Source: the human T2T-CHM13v2.0 reference genome, Homo sapiens
NCBI RefSeq assembly: GCF_009914755.1
Contig: NC_060926.1
Reading direction: 5' to 3' (one strand)
DNA: 64,000 nucleotides
Part shown: in pieces, positions 54,004-64,000 of the stretch
Layout of the letters: each line of letters opens with the position of its first letter
How positions within the stretch are numbered: the first letter of the stretch is position 1
The notes under the pieces: generated by a model
Database searches by the model: none
What the model saw: the letters and a program-made list of their open reading frames with translations, nothing else
Told to the model about the DNA's origin: nothing
Translations under genes and position numbers: made by a program

Positions 54004-56586
54004 GTAGGTTTATACTTTTCATTAAATCTAGAATTTTGTTTGTATTATTTCTTCTAATACGTTTTCATCCTTTTTCCTCTCTTTCTGGGATTCTGATTAT
54101 ACATGTGTTAGACTTTTTGATATCACTACATAAGTATAAAGGCTCTGGTAACTGTTAGTCTTTTTTCTCTATATGTTTCAGTTTTTAAAATTTCTATTAA
54201 TATGTCTATGTTTATTGATATTTTCTCTGAAAGTTTCTATTATCCCATCAAATTAATGTTACATTCTGTATATTGTATTTTTTGTATTTTATGCTTTTTA
54301 AAAAAGTTTCATTTCTCTCCTATTCTTTAGTCCTTAAACATATTTTTAGTAGCTTTTTAAAAAAGGTTTTATCTGTTAATTCTATGTCTGTCGTGTCTGC
54401 ATCTATTTCTATGAACTGACTTGCTTTTGGTTAGGGTCACATTTTCCTTTTTACATTACTAGGAATGTTTGACTTAACATTGAATACTGTGAATATTACA
54501 TGGTGGAATGATTGGTTTTGTTATCTTTTAGAAAAATATTAGACCTTCTTCTGACAGGTGATTAAATTATTTGGCAATCGGTTTGATCTTTCCAAGTTTT
54601 CTTTTTCATTTAGTTATGGTGGGGCTATAAAAGCTTTTGATGCAGAGCTAGATCAGCACTACTACCAAGTCATGCTTTTCCTGAGGATTTTATTTAGTGT
54701 CCTTCATGTTAAACAAAGAATGTCCATTTTGATGGACTGGAACTCAGTTTCTGGTAGCCTAATACGAGCTTTGAAAATCATTTAGCTTACTGCTTCCTAG
54801 TCATTTTTTTTCTTGGCCACATGAAGTTTCATCTTACATATGCATGGCATAGAATTTAGCATAAAAAATGGAATCTTGACCAACTTTCTGGACCTCTTTC
54901 TCGGTTTAGCACCCTCATCTTCATTACTCTGAATTTCCAACTTTCTTATCCTCCCTCAACTGTGATATCTCACTCCTAAATTAATAATAACTTAATAAAG
55001 TAAAATAATGCTTTACTTGTCTTACTGTGCACTGAGCTCTAAAATGTTATCTTTAGGCAGGAAACCAGGATAATTGTAGATAGATCTCTTCTCCTTTTCC
55101 TCTTCTTCTTAGGGATCACAATTCTACAATGATTGTTGTTCAATCTGAAAAAAAAAGTTGTCTAAATATTTTGCCTAGTTTTTTCGATGGTTACAGCAGT
55201 AAGGGAAGAACACTCCCAGTTATTTCACCATAGTCAGAAGCAGAAGTAATAGAGTTATGTTAAAGTTATTTTCTACTAATTCCAAAATCTGTGTCATTTA
55301 CCTGCTTCTATTGAATACTGTTCTGTATACGATTAGTTATTACATTTTCCCTTGTATTTTTATTTCTAGCGCTTATTCGTTTATGTTCACTTTTTAAAGT
55401 TGAAGAGACTGAATTTTGTTATCTGCCTCTAAGTTGTAAAGATTTTTTTTTTTTTTGGAACAGCCTGTTATTAGTACAGTATCTTGATTTTACTGAGGGT
55501 TAGCTTTAACTTTTACTTTACATAGGTCAATCTATTTCTCTTTTGTCTGTTAATCCTAGAGAGATACCCTTAGTTCTGAGATACGGGTTTTAATTATAAG
55601 GCATAACCCTTCTGGGAATTCAGTGGAAAGCCTGAGATGGCTACTAGGGCCCTATAATTTGGCCTAAAATGAACATCAAACTCTTTCTTGCCAGCAGCAA
55701 TTGAAATCTGTGCTAAGATCTTTCTTCCTTAAGAGCTGTTGTTTCTCATGAACTGTATGGAGTCTCATCCTATGTATGAACAATTCAGATGTCAGCCACA
55801 AATTTACGTACAAGCTTATGTGACAGTTTATACTCACGCTTTATGTTCTCTTCTTTGTCCAGAATTTCTTTCCTTAAATTCCAGATTCTTACTCAGGACT
55901 AAACTTCAACATCTGACTGCCTAGTTCAATAGGACTGCAGCTTTCTTCTTGATCTCTATCTTCTACATGGCTATGACTCTAATTTTCTTTAGACAATCTG
56001 AGTATGATCTTCTTATTCAATAGTCATAGTGGCTCTAATTTTACCTTTTTCTTTTTGTTCCTCAGTTCCTTTCAACTGTTGTTTTACATATATTATCCTG
56101 AGTTTATGATTGCTTTTATTAATACTAGGAAATTTATAGTAGGAAATAGTAGTATGATATAATTTATATAGTCTACTCTACCATTACTGGAAGGGCTAGA
56201 AGAAAAAGAGTTATTTATTTATTTATTTTTTGATTAGTTAAACTTTATCAGATGTGTGCACATACATTATTCCCTATTTGCTTTTTTAAATATTAACATT
56301 TCTGACATTGATTACAATGTGGGACCTCTCTCAAATGACCATTTAGGCATTTTGGCTGTAAGTGTTCTTTAGGAAATAACAGTTAGTAGTGATTCAGTAC
56401 CATTTCTCAAGATGTGTTTGGGGAAGTCAGTTTATTGGAGTGTGATGAGTTAGTCACAAGTAAAAATAAGGATGTCTACGAGTGGACCATACCATTAATG
56501 AATGCACTATCTTTATTCAGTTCTTGAGCTCTGAGAATACTCCTCAGGCTTTGTTGAACATATATATGTTTTCTTGCTTCCTCCCC

Positions 56587-57365
56587 TTTATTCACTCAAC
56601 ACTGATTGTGTGCCTACTATGTACCCATGTATTGTTCCAGATGCTGTGGATCAACTGAGCAAACCCAGAATATACCCTGGAGTATATAGTACAATGGCAG
56701 AGAAAGACAAAAATGTATATGCATACACACACATACACACACAAACACACACACACATAGGTTTAATTTCTGAATATATATATATATATATATATATATT
56801 CAGATATTCACCATGAAATAGTAGATCAGTGTGAAGGTCTAGAGTTGCAGGGGCTATTTTAATTGTAGTAGTAAATAGGGCCTCTCTGGCAAGAGAATAT
56901 TTAAACAGAGATCTGACTATAGTGTGTGTAGGGGGAAGAGCCATGTAAATAACTGTAGAAGAGCATTCTAGGTTCTAGAAATAATGAGAACAAAGGCCTT
57001 GAGGATACACTGTAATCAACATGCTCAAAAACAAAACAAAACAAAAACCATAAAGGCCAGTGGGATTGAAGCAGAATAAATGGAGAGGATAGTGGTAGAG
57101 ACCTTAGAAATAGGAAAGGCTAGATGATGTTGACCATGATAAGAGATTTAGATCATAATAAGAGTAAAAGAAGCCAAAGAGCTTTAAAAGCATGAGAGTG
57201 GTGGGATCTTACTTGTATTTTTAGCAAATTATTCTGACTGCTGTTGGAGAATAGATTGAATATGAGCAACATGGAATAAGGAGATTATTTCTGTAGGACA
57301 CTATTACAGTAGACTATCCAAGAGATGATGGTAGCTTTACCCAAAATGAAAGTCCTGAAAGTAAG
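56587..57365 (-). mobile_element. L2a-like fragment with (CA)/(TA) microsatellites
   Basis: 'tttattcactcaacactgattgtgtgcctactatgt...gaagagcattctagg...aaggccagtgggattgaagcag'. Confidence 0.75.
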
Positions 57366-57738
57366 TTGTTTTCTTTCCCAAACCCTTAGCCTGCTTCAAA
57401 GGGATGCTTGCTTTATTTTTTTAATGATATAATAGAGTCAAGTCAATGTGTGCCCCCTCTTAAAAGCACCAGGAGTGAAAAATAGCAATATGCATCTCAT
57501 AGAAAATAAAATTGCTTTACCGTTAATAGACCTTTCGAATAGGACTCTAGTTTAAATAAAATTGGGATAAGGAAATGCAAACCTATTAGTAAAGATACAA
57601 GGCATTCATTTTAAAGCTAATCACATATAATGAAACACATATGAAGGCTGTTCCCAGTAGCCTTAGTGAGACAAAAAACATCATCTCCTTGTGCTGTAAA
57701 AATAGCTATAAGATTTCCATGTGAACAAATTTTCAACT

Positions 57739-57867
57739 ATAGGATGGTGCAAAAGTAATTGTGTTTTTGCCATTTCTTTCCTTAAATTCCAGTTGCCATT
57801 ACTTTTAATTTCTTTTCTTAAATTCCAATTTTTTTTTGCCATTACTTTTAATGGCAGAAACCTCAAT
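57739..57867. mobile_element. rearranged, right-truncated MADE1 (Hsmar1 MITE)
   Basis: taggatggtgcaaaagtaattgtgtttttgccatt...gccattacttttaatggcagaaacctcaat, with foreign inserts. Confidence 0.85.
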
Positions 57868-57918
57868 AGAAAATACTAGAAAATATTTGAAACCTGTAAC
57901 AATAGTATAAAAAAAACT

Positions 57919-58003
57919 ATACGTTTGTGCAAAAGTAATTGCAGTTTTTGTCGTCCATTAATTTTTAATGGCAAAAACTGCAATTACTTTTTCACCAACC
58001 TAA
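57919..58003. mobile_element. MADE1 (Hsmar1 MITE), near full length
   Basis: palindromic tgtgcaaaagtaattgcagtttttg...caaaaactgcaattactttttcaccaacctaa. Confidence 0.92.
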
Positions 58004-59449
58004 TACTTTTTGTTGATGCTTTACTCTGAGGGGCTTGAATCTTGGGTTTTAGCTTAGTATTTAGTTTGGTATCTAAATAGGCAGAGAATGCTATAATTGG
58101 AGACCTGTCTGACATCTTCCTATCCGGGGATAAATGATTTTGTAAGTGAAGGAGGCAAAGGAGCAGTGATATCAAGTAGAATCAGCAAACATTTATGGAA
58201 TACCCTCCAGGTTTAAGCACAAGAACAGTGTCACAGGAAAATACAAATATTAGCTCTAATAGAAATAGGTCTTAATTTTTATCCTTTAAAGAAAACAGAG
58301 GTGCTCCTTTGTCAAAAATCTAGGTGGTCATTTAGCTCCATGTGAAAAATAAATGTTAGTATTTTCTACTTAGATTTGTTCTCCTAATTTCCATCCCGTA
58401 GACCGAAGGCATGTGCTGTTTGGAATATAATCTAATTATTGGTTTACGTAGTCTATCAGTATGTTTATCTGTAAACTTTATTTCAAAGAGATCACATCGC
58501 AGAGTGGTGAAACCCTCAGCTATTGTTAATGGTAATGTTTGCTATGGGGAGAAGAAGCTGTTGAAACTCACTTTTATGATTCCTCGCCAGCCTTCAGCTT
58601 CTCCTGTCACTTCCATGCTGAGAAAAGAGAAAACATTAGCTGATCTCTAGAGAGAATCTCAGATAAGACTGTTGGGGTGAGGGTAGACTGAGCACAATTT
58701 TCTGTCTTATCTTTCATCTCAGATACCTCACCCAATTTCTCATCAAAGGGTCTCTTTGAACATTTCTTCACACAAAAAGAAAACAGCAGTTGCTTTCTTT
58801 GTGGGTGCTAGATTTTCATAACATAGGCAGGGTATGATTACTTCTCATGTGTTTTTATTTTCTAGCCTTATGAAAAAAGTTTGCAAGTTTTACATTTTCA
58901 TAAATAGGCCTGGGATTTTTGCAAAATATGCAGCTTATTTTATGTAGTTTTTCAGTTCTATTAGATGTTACTCAGTTACATTTTTTTTACTTTAGATCTC
59001 GTGAAAGAGAAAGGTGAGATGTTAAGAGAATACACTCAGAGACTTATTAAGGCAGTAAAATAATGAAAGCTTGCCACAAGAAATGCTGGGGTAAATGTAT
59101 AACACACACACACACACAAAGACCAATAGGAGAATAGAAAAATGAACGAAATTAAGTATAGATATATGTATTGTTATCTTCTTGGGTTTGTTTGGATTTT
59201 GTTTTCACATTTGGCTAGATATTCTTTCTCCAGCTCCTTAATTATTACATGATGTATTAATGAGTAACTATTATTTATTTCTGGAAAATAAGCAAGAAAA
59301 TTAGCCTTTTGTTGTATAGTAAAGTGGATATAATGGTTGGAAGTAGGTAAAGGAAAATACCTCTCTACTTTCCTCTTGTTTAGATAATATTTAATTCTTT
59401 TGAAAGTCTATTAAGTAGATAATTACTAGTATTTAGCTTCTTCCTGTCT

Positions 59450-59690
59450 TACAGACCTAAAATGTGATCTATAGATGAGTAACAAAAACATTACTTGGGA
59501 GCATATTGGAAATACAGAATCTCTGGATCCACCCTAGAACAACTGATTCAGAGGTTCTGAGATGGGTCCAGGAATCTGTTTTATCAAATTCTCTACATAG
59601 TTCTATGTATGATAAATTTTGAGAAACTCTGTTGTAGTTGTGTAGAAGTGCCCAAGATTTTGCATTTCTGAGAAGTTTCCAGGTGATCTA
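59450..59690. mobile_element. MER5A/MER5B relics
   Basis: 'gaaatacagaatctctggatccaccctagaacaactgattcaga...tccaggaatctgtttt...ttgagaaactctg'. Confidence 0.7.
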
Positions 59691-59819
59691 TAAATGATAA
59701 AAGAAATAATCTTCCTCTAGTATATAACCAAGATTATGTATAATAATCTGTGCTTATTCTAAAATGCTGCTGGTCCATAATTCTGAGATTTTTTTTCTTT
59801 TCTTTTTCCCTTTTTCCCA

Positions 59820-60777
59820 TATGAAAATAAATGCAAGTTAAAAGCTGTTGGAACTCCCCAAATACTTTATGTCTTAAGGGAGATGTGTCTATGATCTGAG
59901 TCATATATGGTTACAATTTCTGTTTCTCATATTATAGATTAACTAGCTTTCTTATTTTTCTTGCTCTGTACAATGACTAGAGAGAATTAAATGACATCAG
60001 GGACAAAAACCTCCTGCCTTTTTAATTAATGATTCTTGTTATAGATTAACTTCCCCTTTGTTGTCCTGCTTTGCTTAGACCAGATGACAGAAAACCCATG
60101 GCTATTAGACCCCCTGTAAAAGGTGTTAAATGTACCCTTTCCAAAAGGAAACGCTGCCTATAACGAATCAAATTGCTGTAACTACTTGTCAGTCTTGTAT
60201 AAAAAATGTCTGGATAAAGAAAATGTGGCACGTATACACCATGGAATACTATGCAGCCATAAAAAGTGATGAGTTTATGTCCTTTGCAGGGACATAAATG
60301 AAGCTGGAAACCATCATTCTCAGCAAACTAACACAGGAACAGAAAACCAAACACCACAAGTTCTTACTCATAAGTGGGAGTTGAACAATGAGAACACATG
60401 GACACAGGGAGGGGAATATCACACACTGGAGCCTGTCGGTGGGTGGGGGACTAGGGGAGGGATAGCATTAGAAGAAATACCCAACGTAGATGACGGGTTG
60501 ATGGGTACAGCAAGCCACCATGGCACGTGTATAGCTATGTAACAAACCTGCCCGTTCTGCACATGTGTCCCAGAACTTAAAATATTTTTTAAAAATGTTG
60601 TCATCCTGCTAAAAACTCTTGTCTCTGCCTCTATAAATGAAGCCTTAACTTTCCTACTTTAGATCACTGGCTCCATTCCTTTGAGTTGCTCTTCAGGGTG
60701 GTTCATCCTCACAGTTTTCACTTGAATAAACTCCCTTTAAATTGGATTCTAACCCTTTTGATTACTTTAGGTTGACA
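59820..60777 (+). mobile_element. ERV1-class solo LTR (MER34/LTR48-like) split by L1PA
   Basis: TATA-like 'ctataaat', 'ttgaataaactc' poly(A) signal, 3' end 'attactttaggttgaca'. Confidence 0.7.
60210..60590 (+). mobile_element. L1PA7-like 3' fragment
   Basis: 'ctggataaagaaaatgtggca...gggactaggggagggatagc...cccagaacttaaa'; TSD aaaaatgt at 60202-60209 and 60591-60598. Confidence 0.93.
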
Positions 60778-60919
60778 CTCTCAGTGTTTACCTAATACCA
60801 CTCTCTCTTTCCCGTACATGTGCACTGGTTTACTGAATGACTGGTATCCAACAAGCTACAAATATAATTTTTGTAAAATTTTTCCAATGACTACTGCCTT
60901 CAAACCAGCAGCAGGAAAA

Positions 60920-61960
60920 AAAATCTCTTTTTCCTGGATCCATAATGATATTCAAGATAGATTCTGCACCTTTACTTGTCTATAGCCTAAGTCCCATCAG
61001 TAGGAGAAGCAATTTGGTTATACTTCCCAACCTCTAGTTCTAGCTCCTCTGGGATGGGAGAGAAAGATGGAAAAAAAGGTCTCCTATACTGGGCTACATT
61101 TTGGTAATGTGGAGAAATCCCTAGTTTCTTATGTCTCTGTTAAGTATATTTTCTGATAGTAGAGTCATTGAACTGCCGAAGTTCTTTTTTCTTCAAGGGC
61201 ACCACAAGTCTTGGGTGCTGTGGAGAATTGCTGATTATTTTTTTCTCCCAGACATATAATACCTTGGTCCCTTATTGTTCAATTGATGTAGCCTTTTCCA
61301 ATAGGCTTCTTCAGTACACTCTATGAAGGAAGCAGACGTAAGAGTCTATGTACGAGTGAAACTTACCCTAGGATACCCACTTCAGGTTCACACAACAATT
61401 CTCTCACTATGTACCATTTTGACATTAGAACCTTGGAGAATCTGGAGCTTTCTGCAGGTGAGCCAATATTAAGCCATAAAGTAACAGATCTGGTCTTGTT
61501 CGTCTTACTGATTATCTGATGACATCGTCTGAGGTTGAGGATGTACAAAGTCAACAAGTTCTTCTTGATTCTTCTCCCTACCCACCAGTACGTAGACAGC
61601 TTATTAACAAGCATTGAGGAAATTATCAGCAGGTACTATCAAGCTTTCTGTAGAGAATCTGGTTACTCAATGCCTCTTTGACCTTGTATATAATATATGT
61701 TAATTGTCAGGCAACCAGAAATATCCAATTACACACATGTTGTCCTCTTCTTTGCTACCAACATACCCTCAGCCCATCACTTACTCTATGGGTAGCCCCT
61801 GCTGCTATTTAAATTTTACTGGTTAAGGAGAGAATTGCAATGGAAGCAGCCACATTTAAAAACCTTAGCCTGAAGTATTTGTAACTCAGATGACTATAAA
61901 GTGGTCTGTGGCAGAAAAGAGTTCTGAGGGCAGAAAACAAAAATCATCACTATCTTCCTC
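60920..61960 (-). mobile_element. highly degraded class III/ERVL-like pol relic (RT connection and RNase H)
   Basis: minus-strand peptide fragments in ERVL order: RPLY..FKCG, LDIS, PADNF, NKLSTYW, CHQI, SKWYI, GSS, TDGT*AI. Confidence 0.45.
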
Positions 61961-62291
61961 TTTGAGAAACTAATTTTAGAATAAGCACAGATTATTGTAC
62001 ACAATCTTGGTTATATCCTAGAGGAAGATTATTTCTTTTATCATTTATAGATAGCATTTGAGATCACAAAAGTATATTAGACATTGTTATGCCCAATCCC
62101 TTTATTTGAAAAAAGAATCGAATATAGTCATGCATTAATTTAATTGACATTTATTAGGTGGCTTCTATTGGCGAAAGACTGAATTTTAATAGGCTTTCTT
62201 GAGAAACCTTAGTGGTTAATGAAGGAGTTTACCACCTGGGCTCTGCCTGCTTCATGGGGTCAAGTTTAAAAAATGTTTCCAAGTGACACTC

Positions 62292-62712
62292 TGTCTTTGT
62301 CAATTTTCTGTTACTTATGACAGAATACCTGAAACTAAGCAATGGATAAAGAAGAAAAACGTATTTCATGTAATTCTGGAGGCTTGGGAAATCAAGGTCA
62401 AGAGGGAACATCTGGTGAGAGCCTTCTTGCTGGTGAGGACTCTTAGCATCTTAAGGTGGCACAGGGCACCACAGGATGAGGGGGCTGTGCGAGCTTTCTC
62501 AAATCTCTCTTCCTCTTATAAAGCCACCAGTTCCAATCCCGGGATAACCCACTGATTCATTAATCTATTAATCTATGAATGAATTAATCCATTCAGGAGA
62601 GCAAAGTCATCATGCCCCAGTCACCTCTTAAGGGCTCCACCTCTCAATACTTACACATTAGAAATTCAACTTTAACACGATTTTTGGAGGGGACAAAATT
62701 AATTAAACAGCA
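62292..62712 (-). mobile_element. MSTC/MLT1A-like MaLR LTR
   Basis: 'gtaattctggaggcttgggaaatcaaggtcaag...cttcctcttataaagccacc...attaatccattc...ttttggaggggaca'. Confidence 0.85.
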
Positions 62713-63577
62713 CATTTTAAGTATTAAAAATGATTCAAGTAAATACTGAATTAGTCTTCTAGAAAAAGCCCTTTCATTTAGAGATAATGATGAGCTTAAA
62801 TTGGAGCTGATTTTGGTATTTTAAAATTTACCAAATTATTTCTAAATGTGCCATTTATCACATCTTAGTAAGTCACAGTGAGGTGTCACTGCTTGCTTAA
62901 TGGTATTTCCGGTATAATTCAGGAACACTGCAGCCATTATGCATAGCAGCCCACATTACTCTTGACAGGTAGCTATGCCTTCCGGGAACCAGGGCCTCTG
63001 CTGCTCCTGGAAGTAGCCACAGGGGTGCTCACTGTGATGTAAACACCTGCCCACCATGCTGGTAATGAGAGCCTATCACACCTGGTATCCCGTTAACAGC
63101 TGTAGGATGACCTGTCAACCATGGGCCAAATTCTGACTGATTACCACAAGGTGAAAAGTCTCAAATCCAATCAGCCATCCCATGAGCTATTCAGCCACCT
63201 GTACATGGTTAACATCTGTTATTTGACGTTTGTGATTTTTTTTTGTTTTCAAGCAATGCATTTTTTAATCAACCAATATGAATTATGAAAGGTGATGATC
63301 AATCCAGAGAAATATTATAAAAATATCTCTAACAGTGAAATTCCCATTGTAGATATTGTTGCCTTTAAAGTGCACATTTGGCTAAAATCTTAACTCTTCA
63401 GTAATAAAGGTTTTGGTAAGAGTGACATGAGGAATGTTGAAGGGTACTTGAGGACATGAAGGAAATGATAACTCTTATGAAGAAATTCTAACCATTGTAT
63501 CTACCTTAGGAAATGTAATGAAAGCAATAATTATAAATGAAAATATTTTTAAAGGTAAATGTATGCTAATTAGGGGA

Positions 63578-64000
63578 TGACATAGTTTGGATGTGGTCCC
63601 CTTTAAATTTCACATTGAATTATAATCCCCGGTGTTGGAGATGGGGCCTGACGGAAGGTGATTGGAGTATGGGGGTGGATTTCTCATGCACAGTTTAGAG
63701 CCATCCTCTTTGTACTATCTTTGCCATAGTGAGTGAATGAGTTCTCGTGAAATCTGAAATCTGGTTGTTTAAAACTTTATGGTACCTCCTTCCTCTCTCT
63801 GTCTTGCTCCTGCTTTTGCCATGTGACATATCTGCTCCTGCTTCACCTTCTACCATGAGTAAAAGCTCCCTGCGGCCTCCCCAGAAGCTGAACAGATGCT
63901 GGCACCATGCTTGTACAGCCTATAGAACTGTGAGCCAAACACCTCTTTTCTTTATGAATTACCTAGTTTCAGGTTTTTCTTTATAGCAATGCAGGAATGG
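63578..64000 (+). mobile_element. MSTB-like MaLR LTR (runs off window)
   Basis: 'tgacatagtttggatgtggtcccc...gaagctgaacagatgctggcaccatgcttgtacagcc...ctttatagcaatgc'. Confidence 0.9.

Overview
This is primate (human-like) AT-rich, CpG-poor DNA, either intergenic or inside a large intron, and transposable elements dominate it. It holds about 14 Alus (J, S and Y), young L1PA and old L1M/L1PB LINE fragments, L2/MIR relics, many MaLR and ERVL solo LTRs (THE1, MST, MLT1, MLT2) and a CpG-rich solo LTR12C. It also holds a degraded ERVL provirus (about 20.0-25.4 kb), a probable second, more degraded class III pol relic (about 60.9-62.0 kb), and DNA transposon relics (MER5, MER33, Tigger4b, MADE1). I can support no intact host protein-coding gene, RNA gene or CRISPR array; the long ORFs are L1 ORF2, ERVL pol, Alu or LTR12 artefacts. 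I found no convincing new biological system. The best leads are (1) a frame-preserving 36-nt minus-strand exon candidate at 2636-2671, (2) a rearranged MADE1 carrying two templated copies of a 21-mer from 1.9 kb away, (3) an Alu whose 5' end is a fold-back hairpin inside perfect TSDs, (4) an L1PA2/3 whose TSD supplies a Kozak ATG in frame with the ORF2 C-terminus, and (5) an LTR12C in which a small deletion appears to create a canonical TATA box. Subfamily names come from remembered consensus sequences and need RepeatMasker/Dfam confirmation.
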